DNA of 64,000 nt, from positions 14,305-78,304 of IMG/VR virus record IMGVR_UViG_3300032291_002057; one strand, 5' to 3'. A model generated the notes under the pieces. The model did not search any database, had not been told where the DNA came from, and saw nothing but the letters and a program-made list of their open reading frames with translations. The position numbers were made by a program, and so were the translations under genes. The stretch comes from a virus (Duplodnaviria > Heunggongvirae > Uroviricota > Caudoviricetes). Every line of letters begins with the position of its first letter. Position 1 is the first letter of the stretch. Positions 56,350 through 64,000 of this stretch are shown here, piece after piece.

Positions 56350-57153
56350 TTATTTTTCCTTTGTGTTAAGTTCAGCGTACTTCCATATGCCTTTACGCTC
56401 TCCTTCCTTTATTAACTCTATCACACTTGCTTCAATGGCACTCTTAACTGCAAATGTTCCGGGCTCATTTATCGTGACCCCTGTTTCAAACTCAAATGCA
56501 TTAGTACCGGCATCTAAAAACTTCAATGCTGAAATACTATCACTTGCGCTTAAAATTCTTTTTTGTACTGTTACTGTTATTAAAACTTCTCCAGTACTTA
56601 CACTAATTGCTCTTAAACTTACAGTTACAATATCTTCACTATATTGTGTCTGTGGCCCTACTCCTAACCAACGAGCAGCCATACCACCTGATTTTACAGA
56701 ACTATCATATCCTATAATTCCACCGTCAAGTATTATACCTGCGAACTTCAATGGTGTTAAAGGTTTTGCATTTGGTCCTTCATATGCTTCACGCATTTGA
56801 CGAATGATAGTGCGCTCACGTGTCAATGCATCAATACTAACTCTTTCTATAACAGTAAACCATTTACCTTTTCCAACATCTTGTAATGCTTTGATTAAGA
56901 ATGTTTCTGCACCTTGTGTAACCGCTGTACTTAAACTTGCTATGTTTGCTTGTGGTCTACGCTGTCCTGTTTTATCAGCAAAACTATAAACTGCTACTGT
57001 CATAGGCGCTGATGCCGGTAACGGCACCAAATCAATATCACGTGCCATTTTTGTAGGCACTATCTCAGGTTCGCTGCCGCCCTTTTCTAAGTAGCTTATA
57101 GCACATCCTGACAATGAAAATATCAAACATAGTAATAAAAATTTTTGTTTCAT
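56350..57153 (-). CDS. csgG: curli production assembly/transport outer-membrane lipoprotein CsgG
   Basis: Lipobox LSGC; colinear similarity to E. coli CsgG: VAVYSFADKTGQ, STAVTQGAETFLIKALQD, GGIIGYDSSVKSGGMAARWLGVGPQTQY, VSLRAISVSTGEVL. Confidence 0.9.
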   Translation of the reverse strand: MKQKFLLLCLIFSLSGCAISYLEKGGSEPEIVPTKMARDIDLVPLPASAPMTVAVYSFADKTGQRRPQANIASLSTAVTQGAETFLIKALQDVGKGKWFTVIERVSIDALTRERTIIRQMREAYEGPNAKPLTPLKFAGIILDGGIIGYDSSVKSGGMAARWLGVGPQTQYSEDIVTVSLRAISVSTGEVLITVTVQKRILSASDSISALKFLDAGTNAFEFETGVTINEPGTFAVKSAIEASVIELIKEGERKGIWKYAELNTKEK

Positions 57154-57602
57154 TAAAATTGAAATTGTCCTAATGGTACTGTTATTTGTGTGCTAGTCCC
57201 TGTAGTATCTGTTACTGTTAGATATACATTGCTAGAATCCTTACTCCAAAAAATAGTATTCCCTTCAAAGTTTAGTGTTCCAGAACTACTACCGCCATTT
57301 GCAAACATAGCAGTGGCTAAGTTTTGACTAATCTGTGCATAGATACGACTTTCTAAGTTATTTAAAAATTTCTGTAAATTCGTGTTTTTTGCATCAGAAG
57401 CTGCCTTATCAATTGCTGCCTGTATAGCATCTTTCATGGCTTTTTTTCTAGTGGATTCTTGATTCTCAATTGTTAACACATGACTGCTATAACCTTGGCC
57501 GTTAAAACTAGGACTTTTAAAACTATAATCAGGCAACGGAGCACTATACACAACACTTGTGCAAGTTAATAACGTCAACAATAATATAGGTTTTGTATCC
57601 AT
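57153..57602 (-). CDS. csgF: curli assembly protein CsgF
   Basis: Signal peptide; mature N-terminus FKSPSFNGQGYS (compare FQFRNPNFGG in E. coli CsgF) and C-terminal TGTSTQITVPLGQFQF. TAATG overlap with csgG, same order as E. coli csgFG. Confidence 0.7.
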   Translation of the reverse strand: MDTKPILLLTLLTCTSVVYSAPLPDYSFKSPSFNGQGYSSHVLTIENQESTRKKAMKDAIQAAIDKAASDAKNTNLQKFLNNLESRIYAQISQNLATAMFANGGSSSGTLNFEGNTIFWSKDSSNVYLTVTDTTGTSTQITVPLGQFQF

Positions 57603-57678
57603 AGTTTTGATAAATATATATAATATTTAGTTGATATATATCAATAAAATATTAGATTACATAACAAAAGGGATAAAT

Positions 57679-57960
57679 ATGGACCAGTTTTTGAAGTTAG
57701 TAGCCGAAGTAGGTTTTCCTATAGCAGCCGCATGCGGTGCAGGATATTTTGTATTTTTAACATTAAAATTTATTCTTGCTGGAGTGACGAGTAGTGTTAA
57801 CGGCATTAAAGGTATTATTGGTGCATTAGATAATCGTGTTAAAACCATGAACCATGATGTTGTACGTATTGATGTTACAGTAAGTAATGCTTTAGGGTTA
57901 AGACCAGACGTTGACCGCATTGCACGTGCTGACGGCAAAAATGACGCAAGGAGAGACTAA
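57679..57960 (+). CDS. small membrane protein (GFPxxAAxGxGY family, paralog 1)
   Basis: RBS AAAAGGGATAAAT-ATG; MDQFLKLVAEVGFPIAAACGAGYFVFL TM segment. Start chosen inside track ORF 57631-57960. Confidence 0.4.
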   Translation: MDQFLKLVAEVGFPIAAACGAGYFVFLTLKFILAGVTSSVNGIKGIIGALDNRVKTMNHDVVRIDVTVSNALGLRPDVDRIARADGKNDARRD

Positions 57961-58154
57961 TGCGGCATTTTGATTACGAGTGGGATTTGAATCCTGATTC
58001 AATTATCTTTGACAAAGAATTAGACACTAATAAATTAGGTTGGAAAATAGGTGAGTACTGGAAATCAGTAGAAGTAGACGGAAGATTAATGTTTAGAAAA
58101 GTAGATAAGTTAGAAGAATTTATATTAAAAGGAGTTGATAATGGAAATAGCTGA
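57960..58154 (+). CDS. hypothetical protein
   Basis: 64-aa ORF, TAATG overlap. Confidence 0.3.
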   Translation: MRHFDYEWDLNPDSIIFDKELDTNKLGWKIGEYWKSVEVDGRLMFRKVDKLEEFILKGVDNGNS

Positions 58155-58479
58155 AATGATAAACAAATATGGATTTCCTGTGATTGCCGCAGGTGGCATG
58201 GGATACTTGATATACTATGTTTGGGAATGGGCTACCAAAGAAATCAAACCTGTTTTAAGTGAGGCAAACACCACTTTAATTGCATTGATTGACCGAATTC
58301 GTATGTTAGATAATGACCTAATTAGGTTACAACAGAAGGTAAATACTACTTTACATTTGCGCGGGAAAATTATAGAATCAGAACGTGTATTAGAAGCACA
58401 TAAAGTAGATAATGAAGCTGAAAATAAATTTAAAAGTGCAATTGATGACAAGAAAACTGCAGGTAGTGGTGAAGGATAA
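58135..58479 (+). CDS. small membrane protein (GFPxxAAxGxGY family, paralog 2) with coiled-coil tail
   Basis: KYGFPVIAAGGMGYLIYYVW parallels paralog 1. Confidence 0.4.
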   Translation: MIMEIAEMINKYGFPVIAAGGMGYLIYYVWEWATKEIKPVLSEANTTLIALIDRIRMLDNDLIRLQQKVNTTLHLRGKIIESERVLEAHKVDNEAENKFKSAIDDKKTAGSGEG

Positions 58480-58523
58480 ATTATCCAAACATAAGTATAC
58501 GATAAATATTTCTACCAAAGCAG

Positions 58524-58552
58524 TTGACAACACATTAATTAATTAGTATCAT
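58524..58552 (+). promoter_or_regulatory. sigma70-like promoter (TTGACA-17-TATCAT)
   Basis: Located 8 nt upstream of the unlisted 59-aa ORF. Confidence 0.4.
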
Positions 58553-58559
58553 TATAAGT

Positions 58560-58739
58560 ATGACGAAACCCAATCCCGGACAAGATAATGTCCGATACGA
58601 AGTTATAACCCAAGAAGATGGTGATGATGTATTGTTGCCCATTCCACAAATTTTATTAGATCAAATGGGATGGAAAGAAGGAGACACCATAGATTTTGGG
58701 CTGGATCAAGAAGGTCGTTATATTTTAAAGAAAATCTAA
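58560..58739 (+). CDS. AbrB/MazE-like (swapped-hairpin) small DNA-binding protein, 59 aa, not in the ORF track
   Basis: VLLPIPQILLDQMGWKEGDTIDFGLDQEGRYIL matches the SpoVT/AbrB-MazE beta-hairpin pattern. Confidence 0.35.
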   Translation: MTKPNPGQDNVRYEVITQEDGDDVLLPIPQILLDQMGWKEGDTIDFGLDQEGRYILKKI

Positions 58740-58740
58740 C

Positions 58741-59139
58741 ATGAGTACAAATTTAAATTCAGGTACTTACACTATTGGAGATAACCTTACAGAAAATTTC
58801 CCTAGTATTAGTGTAACAAGTATTGACCCCGGATATATATTTACAACAAACAATACCGGTGCTAGTTCTTGGAATTGGGGTAATATTACTACTGATCCAA
58901 ATTTACAAGGTGCTTCTATTCAAATTAAAGGTGACGCTGAGTTTGATGGTGAAGTTACTATCAAGGGCAAGAACATAGCTGATATGTTTGCCAAGATTGA
59001 AGAACGATTGGCTATTCTTCATCCAAATGAAAAACTAGAAGAAAAATGGGATGAGTTAAAAGAATTGGGTAAACGCTATAAAGAACTTGAAGCCGAAATC
59101 ATAGAGAAAGAAAAGATTTGGGATATACTAAAAAAGTAG
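58741..59139 (+). CDS. hypothetical protein with C-terminal coiled coil
   Basis: 132-aa ORF. Confidence 0.4.
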   Translation: MSTNLNSGTYTIGDNLTENFPSISVTSIDPGYIFTTNNTGASSWNWGNITTDPNLQGASIQIKGDAEFDGEVTIKGKNIADMFAKIEERLAILHPNEKLEEKWDELKELGKRYKELEAEIIEKEKIWDILKK

Positions 59140-59142
59140 TAC

Positions 59143-59171
59143 TTGACAACGTATCTATAATCCACTATAAT
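59143..59171 (+). promoter_or_regulatory. consensus sigma70 promoter (TTGACA-17-TATAAT) with duplicated CTATAATCCACTAT element
   Basis: Perfect hexamers; a second copy of TCTATAATCCACTAT overlaps the -10. Confidence 0.55.
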
Positions 59172-59200
59172 TGTCTATAATCCACTATGAACCAAGTTCT

Positions 59201-59596
59201 ATGACAATGCACCTCGCACATCCTGCCCTAACTATGGGCGGCAAACGTAAAGGCAAAACTAAATTCAAGAATTCAGCAGAGGCTCAAAAAGCCCGTGATC
59301 TTGATGCATCTTGGAAAGAATTACAAAAAAAGTGGGGAGTTGAGCAAGAAAACAAGAAACGTAAACGTGCGTTATCTCAACCTACACTCAGTTATAAACT
59401 GTCTGCCCCTCCGGGTCGTTCAACTAGCAATCATATTCCATCACTCAACACTGGTGACGGTATTGCATCTGCAAAAAAGATTCCACAGTATACTGGAACT
59501 AAAATTATTGGCATTGGTACCATGCATAAATCTAATGCTGTACCTATCTTTAGTGACGAGCAAGCAAAAGATATTTCAACAATGCGCCGAAATTAA
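59201..59596 (+). CDS. hypothetical basic protein (start uncertain)
   Basis: Frame of track ORF 59171-59596, trimmed to the first ATG downstream of the promoter -10; no clear SD. Confidence 0.3.
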   Translation: MTMHLAHPALTMGGKRKGKTKFKNSAEAQKARDLDASWKELQKKWGVEQENKKRKRALSQPTLSYKLSAPPGRSTSNHIPSLNTGDGIASAKKIPQYTGTKIIGIGTMHKSNAVPIFSDEQAKDISTMRRN

Positions 59597-59618
59597 AAGG
59601 AGTTTTAAAGGTAACCAA

Positions 59619-59834
59619 ATGGCTAAAGAAGAAGGCATTAAAATGGATGGCAAGGTAATTGACGTATTACCCAACGCTATGTTTCGTATTGAGATGGATC
59701 CGGGCAACACAGTGACGGGTTACATTAGTGGCCGTATGCGTAAGCATGATATTAAGATTCTACTAGGAGATACAGTAGAAATTGAGTTTAGTCCTTATGA
59801 CTTGACTAAAGGAAGAATTGTAAGGCGTAGGTAA
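59619..59834 (+). CDS. infA: translation initiation factor IF-1
   Basis: [71 protein letters not shown] is a near full-length match to bacterial IF-1; AAAAGGAG upstream. Confidence 0.85.
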   Translation: MAKEEGIKMDGKVIDVLPNAMFRIEMDPGNTVTGYISGRMRKHDIKILLGDTVEIEFSPYDLTKGRIVRRR

Positions 59835-60457
59835 TGAAATTTTATGATGGATTTTTAGGACATGAATTAGCTCCAATATTTAACAGTAGAGGTCATCGCT
59901 GTAGGGAATTAGAAGATATAAACCTACGCAAATATATTTTGTTTGCAGGCGATAATGTAGGTGTTGGGTGGGACAAGCCTATAGAAGAAACCTATCCCCA
60001 TTTAGTTTCAAAAAAATTGAACATGGATTACTATAATCTATCTATCTTCAATGGTGGATTAGATGCAATAAAATATAATCTTATCACATGGTTTAACACT
60101 GTTGATACTTTACCTAAGGCAGTAATTCTAAGCACTGAGTTTGTAAATTCGTTTTTAGTTGCTGACAAAAATTATGAATTCATAAGAGCATGTGATTTAT
60201 CCGAAGAAAATGTAAAGATAATACTAGACACCGGAAACACTACAGGATTTTTTGGTGGTAGATTAGCTATGGTAGACAAGTTGATGTTAAATTCAATTAG
60301 TGTTCCAATATATCAAATAGTGTTCAAAAATAAAATTCCATTACTCACCTCCAATGTTCATAATATTAACTATGAAGGTGATTTGCAAGATCATCATTCT
60401 ATCGCAGATGCAGTAGTTAATGAATTTAACAAAATAGGAAGAAGCACAAAGCCATGA
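59834..60457 (+). CDS. SGNH-like hydrolase family protein (paralog B)
   Basis: NSRGHRCRELEDINLRKYILFAGDNVGVGW...YYNLS aligns with the N-terminal block of 23008-23748 and 60454-61206. Confidence 0.45.
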   Translation: MKFYDGFLGHELAPIFNSRGHRCRELEDINLRKYILFAGDNVGVGWDKPIEETYPHLVSKKLNMDYYNLSIFNGGLDAIKYNLITWFNTVDTLPKAVILSTEFVNSFLVADKNYEFIRACDLSEENVKIILDTGNTTGFFGGRLAMVDKLMLNSISVPIYQIVFKNKIPLLTSNVHNINYEGDLQDHHSIADAVVNEFNKIGRSTKP

Positions 60458-61206
60458 GATGGTATAATGATTTTATTGGACTGGATGAAAATAACAGTGT
60501 AATTCCTTTCTTAACTGGTGATAGCGAAGAAAGTTTTAAAAAAAATTTACTAACCACACCCGAAGATTGGTACTATCGTAATGTACCTATCACATATCAA
60601 TATAATAAGCTAGGGCATAGAAGCAAAAATATTGATGAGATTGATTTAGAAAACTACATCTTATTCACTGGATGTAGTCACACCACAGGCATTGGTTTAG
60701 AATTAGAAAAAACATTTCCCGATATCGTTAGTAAAAAACTAGGTTATGATTATTACAATTTATCTATGCCCGGAACAGGTATAGATATCCTAGAATACAA
60801 TTTGTTAACATGGTTTGCAAAAGTAAAGAAAAAACCAAAACTAGTATGTATTCAATGGCCTGATCATAGTAGATATATGTCATTTCATCCTGAATATGTA
60901 CGTATGATAGAACGAGGAACTTGGGATAAAGAAAAAGATAATATTGCATTAGTGGTGAACTGTGAAGATTCTGGTTTATTCTATGCTAGGAAAAAATTAG
61001 CTGTAAATCTCATCAACAATGTAGTTAATTGCCCTATAATTTCAGTTAACTTTGGTAACCAAAGTCAATATGATTTAGAAAATTTTGTCATGAAGCGTAT
61101 AGATTTGGCAAGAGATTTAGGACATGCCGGGATAAAATCAAATGAAATCTTTGCCAATGACATATATAAAAAAATGACTGAAATCTTGTGTCCAAAAGAT
61201 AAATAA
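60454..61206 (+). CDS. SGNH-like hydrolase family protein (paralog C)
   Basis: NKLGHRSKNIDEIDLENYILFTGCSHTTGIGLE...YYNLSMPG; ATGA overlap with paralog B. Confidence 0.45.
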   Translation: MRWYNDFIGLDENNSVIPFLTGDSEESFKKNLLTTPEDWYYRNVPITYQYNKLGHRSKNIDEIDLENYILFTGCSHTTGIGLELEKTFPDIVSKKLGYDYYNLSMPGTGIDILEYNLLTWFAKVKKKPKLVCIQWPDHSRYMSFHPEYVRMIERGTWDKEKDNIALVVNCEDSGLFYARKKLAVNLINNVVNCPIISVNFGNQSQYDLENFVMKRIDLARDLGHAGIKSNEIFANDIYKKMTEILCPKDK

Positions 61207-61766
61207 TGACTATGCGTGACATTATTACATTATTGGAAGATAAAGCAAAACCCCAAGATATTGAAATCATCCCACTAAATTTCACTCCAAATGAAGTTAG
61301 TCCAGTACTGTCTAAAGATACATTAGAATTACATTACGGAAAACTTGCCCATGGATATGCAGAACGATATAACAAGGGTGAGGGTGACAAAGATTTTAAC
61401 TATGCAGGTGCATTCTTACATAATACATTATTCCCTCAATTCCGTGAAGTTATAAACAATAACAAACCTAATGGTCCTATGTATGGATTTATCAATAAAC
61501 ACTATGGTGATTATGATAACATGAAAAGTGAATTTGAAACTGAAGCTATGAAGATACAAGGCTCAGGATGGATTTACTTAGCTAATGACGGGAAGATAAA
61601 AACAATACCAAACCATCAAGTTCGCAATGATATATTGTTATTGATTGACTGGTGGGAACATGCTTGGATATTAGACTACGGTGCAGATAAAAAGAAGTAT
61701 TTAAAAGAGCAATGGAAAATAATTAACTGGAATGTAATTAATACACGCTGGGGTCGATCATTGTGA
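61206..61766 (+). CDS. Fe/Mn superoxide dismutase-like protein (divergent)
   Basis: LELHYGKLAHGY (compare YHYGKHHQTY), FLHNTLF (compare NHSIFW), GSGWIYL (compare GSGWAWL), DWWEHAWILDY (compare DVWEHAYYLDY). Confidence 0.55.
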   Translation: MTMRDIITLLEDKAKPQDIEIIPLNFTPNEVSPVLSKDTLELHYGKLAHGYAERYNKGEGDKDFNYAGAFLHNTLFPQFREVINNNKPNGPMYGFINKHYGDYDNMKSEFETEAMKIQGSGWIYLANDGKIKTIPNHQVRNDILLLIDWWEHAWILDYGADKKKYLKEQWKIINWNVINTRWGRSL

Positions 61767-63025
61767 GAGCAAAAGAGATACAACCCAGTAAATTAGTAAT
61801 ATTTGATATAGATGATACTTTAGTCCATACACAAACTAAGGTACATGTTATCAAAGACGGCAAAGTAATTAAAAGCCTTAATAGCCACGACTTCACACAC
61901 TACAAACTACAGCCCGAAGAATCATTTGACTTCGGCGATTTTGCCAATGCAGAAGAATTCTTTATCAATGCTAAACCAATCATACCAATGATGAATCAAC
62001 TTAAACGTGATATAGCAACTGGTAATAAGGTTGTTATGGTCACTGCCCGTAGTGATTTTAATGACAAAGAATTGTTTTTAGATACCTTCCGTAAATATGG
62101 AATAGATATGAGTAAAGTCCACGTATATCGTGCAGGCAATATAGTCAGTAAGATTCCTACAGAAGAAAAGAAAAAAATAATTATAAAAAATCTATTAGAT
62201 AAAAATAATTATACAAAAACAATTATGTATGATGATGCTATTCCTAATCTACATGCATTTATGAGTTTAAAGAAAGATTATCCAAACACTAAATTTTATG
62301 CATGGCATGTAAGTTTAGACGGAGAAGCTAGTGAATATAGTAGAACCGATGAAGGTATTATAGAAGCTGAAGAAGACACACCCAACGCTAGAGAAATTTC
62401 AAACACTTTACTAAAAGCCGGTTACAAACAATTAGGAAGCGGTGCAGATTCTACAGTCTGGTCAAAAGACGAGGGCAGTGTTATAAAAATTATTATGCCT
62501 GAAGAGGGTGAAGCTATCACTACGGCAGCTAACACTTTCTATAAGTTTTATGAATTCTGTCAGAAAAATAAAGGTGTTCCCAACTTACCCAAGTTTATAG
62601 ATATAGGTGGAAAACATCATGCTACCTTTGAGATAAACGGCAAAGAATATCTACAAATTGCTATGGAAAGATTATATCCTATTCCAAACAATAGCGTACA
62701 GGAGGCACTAGTGTGGGCATTATCAGATTTTGTTCTTAGTCACACACCTTGGAATAAAGTTATTTCTACAATTAATAACACTGAATATTTTAAAAACTAT
62801 GAAACGGCAAATGTTCAACAAATTGAACAAGCAGTAAAACAAACACTAAGTAATAAACAAGAAAACGAAAAATATCATTATCTGTATGAATTGATGAGAT
62901 TAGTATATGCAACCGGAAGAATAAACAAGGTGGGTTGGGATTTACATACAGAAAACGTTATGATGCGTAAGAATGGTGAATTAGTGATAATTGACCCGTG
63001 GTTTGCAATGAATGAAGGATCATAA
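61763..63025 (+). CDS. fusion of HAD-superfamily phosphatase (N) and protein-kinase-like/phosphotransferase domain (C)
   Basis: N-terminal [12 protein letters not shown] (HAD motif I D-x-D-x-T); C-terminal DLHTENVMM...IIDPWFA resembles the kinase catalytic loop and DFG-equivalent. Confidence 0.5.
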   Translation: MRAKEIQPSKLVIFDIDDTLVHTQTKVHVIKDGKVIKSLNSHDFTHYKLQPEESFDFGDFANAEEFFINAKPIIPMMNQLKRDIATGNKVVMVTARSDFNDKELFLDTFRKYGIDMSKVHVYRAGNIVSKIPTEEKKKIIIKNLLDKNNYTKTIMYDDAIPNLHAFMSLKKDYPNTKFYAWHVSLDGEASEYSRTDEGIIEAEEDTPNAREISNTLLKAGYKQLGSGADSTVWSKDEGSVIKIIMPEEGEAITTAANTFYKFYEFCQKNKGVPNLPKFIDIGGKHHATFEINGKEYLQIAMERLYPIPNNSVQEALVWALSDFVLSHTPWNKVISTINNTEYFKNYETANVQQIEQAVKQTLSNKQENEKYHYLYELMRLVYATGRINKVGWDLHTENVMMRKNGELVIIDPWFAMNEGS

Positions 63026-63026
63026 T

Positions 63027-63353
63027 ATGCTAACAGTAACAGAATCAGCACAATCTAAAATAGCAGAAATTTTAGCAGAAGAAAACAATCCTAGTTTAAA
63101 ACTACGTATGTTTGTACAAGGTGGCGGATGTAGTGGAATGCAATATGGATTCACACTTGATGAAGCAATAAACGAGGACGATTTTCAAATTGATGCTGGT
63201 TTGTCAAGTGTCCTAGTTGATGCAATGTCTGCACAATACGTTACCGGTGCGGAAATTGATTACGTAGATGACCTGCAAGGATCAAGATTTAGTATAAAAA
63301 ACCCACAAGCTACTACAACTTGTGGATGCGGGAGTAGTTTTAGTCCCGGATAA
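63027..63353 (+). CDS. erpA: A-type iron-sulfur cluster carrier protein (ErpA/IscA, HesB family)
   Basis: [19 protein letters not shown] and C-terminal [10 protein letters not shown]; close colinear match to ErpA. Start at 63027 ATG (track ORF starts at 63012). Confidence 0.8.
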   Translation: MLTVTESAQSKIAEILAEENNPSLKLRMFVQGGGCSGMQYGFTLDEAINEDDFQIDAGLSSVLVDAMSAQYVTGAEIDYVDDLQGSRFSIKNPQATTTCGCGSSFSPG

Positions 63354-63398
63354 CACTGATTTGATCCTTATTGATAAATACACTATAAGGATTAAATC

Positions 63399-64000
63399 AT
63401 GGCAATTCAAGGAATACAGGTAATAAATATTGGGTTACAAAACGAATCCGTTGGAAGTGACTCACTATACACTGCATTTACAAAAACTAAAGATAATTTT
63501 ACCACCCTATTTGGGAATTCCAGTCCCTATAACACTTTTTCAGGAAATACAGGTATTGCTGTTTCAGCAAACTCAACACTAGGAACAGTTGATATATTAA
63601 ATACCGGTGTGACAAATATCATAGCCGGCACAGGAATTGTAATTGATCAGGCTAACGGTAATGTAACTATTACTTCAACCGGTGGTGGTAATGGTGGTGG
63701 GTCAGGAACTGTAACAAGCGTTGGCGTAGAACCCGTTTCAAATACAAGACTAGTTGTTTCCGGTAGCCCTATCGTAAGTTCCGGAGTAATGACAATAGAT
63801 TTGGCAAACTCTGGAGTAACCGCAGGTACTTATGCTTACCCAACAGTTACAGTAGATCAATATGGTCGTGTTACTACCATTGCAAATGCCAACTCAGTAG
63901 GTACAGTTACAAGCGTAGGATTAACAACATCTGGAACTGGTATACAACTTTCCGGTGGCCCAATAACTACTGCTGGAAATATCAACATTATTAACACAGG
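63399..64000 (+). CDS. virion structural protein, tail-fibre-like (3'-truncated at window end)
   Basis: RBS TAAGGATTAAATC-ATG; Gly/Thr/Ser/Val-rich with repeated GTVTSVG(V/L) units, typical of beta-rich fibre shafts. Confidence 0.5.
   Translation, partial: MAIQGIQVINIGLQNESVGSDSLYTAFTKTKDNFTTLFGNSSPYNTFSGNTGIAVSANSTLGTVDILNTGVTNIIAGTGIVIDQANGNVTITSTGGGNGGGSGTVTSVGVEPVSNTRLVVSGSPIVSSGVMTIDLANSGVTAGTYAYPTVTVDQYGRVTTIANANSVGTVTSVGLTTSGTGIQLSGGPITTAGNINIINT

Noticed and set aside
59295-59834. 179-aa track ORF containing IF-1
   Set aside because: Only the last 71 codons (from ATG 59619) match IF-1. The upstream 108 codons are read-through across the end of gene 59201-59596 in another frame.
1-64000. 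tRNA or other structured RNA genes in intergenic spacers (e.g. 2380-2560, 6048-6122, 38399-38501)
   Set aside because: No cloverleaf-compatible stems with a conserved T-loop GTTC were seen. The spacers are either short ORFs or promoter/leader elements. A dedicated tRNA scan is still advisable.

Overview
This is an AT-rich, gene-dense window (about 36-38% GC by eye) that reads as part of a large virulent dsDNA phage genome. The reasons are: dozens of short ORFs joined by ATGA/TAATG stop-start overlaps, repeated near-consensus sigma70 early promoters, an ATP-dependent DNA ligase, a flap endonuclease, UvdE, dCMP deaminase, MazG, and a 3'-truncated tail-fibre-like protein at the right edge. A gammaproteobacterial Gram-negative host is a guess from the very high similarity of several proteins (GuaC, FolE, ClpX, ClpP, IbpA, IF-1, CsgG) to enterobacterial proteins; the csgG lipoprotein and the several lipobox proteins show only that the host is Gram-negative. 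Most genes lie on the plus strand, interrupted by minus-strand islands at 10336-13385, 21971-22459, 39325-40347 and 50328-57602.

Recognisable content:
- A nucleotide and cofactor module at the left edge: two glycosyltransferases, GMP reductase, FolE, QueD-like, QueE-like, two HxGH nucleotidyltransferases (one fused to a P-loop kinase), and an SDR epimerase. The 7-deazaguanine precursor enzymes lack QueC and DpdA in this window.
- A proteostasis and translation block: clpX, ribosomal protein S21, ibpA-like sHSP, clpS, a SprT-like gene and clpP, plus IF-1 further right.
- Two arrays of promoter-leader-small-gene cassettes (27.85-28.9 kb and 43.19-44.25 kb) with duplicated leaders.
- A family of small MNE...HFGVEE proteins (eight copies counting a divergent and a truncated member) with conserved 5' and 3' nucleotide ends.
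- The most striking finding: a minus-strand secretion module encoding curli biogenesis proteins CsgF and CsgG, two secreted curlin-repeat proteins, a secreted FecR-like protein, a CHASE2-sensor class III nucleotidyl cyclase, and a PBP5-like carboxypeptidase.
- Also ferredoxin FdxA, an ErpA/IscA Fe-S carrier, a SOD-like protein, an NT5C deoxyribonucleotidase, two calcineurin-like phosphoesterases, three paralogous SGNH-like hydrolases, an SPFH lipoprotein and several other envelope proteins.

No tRNA, rRNA, CRISPR array or transposase was recognised.
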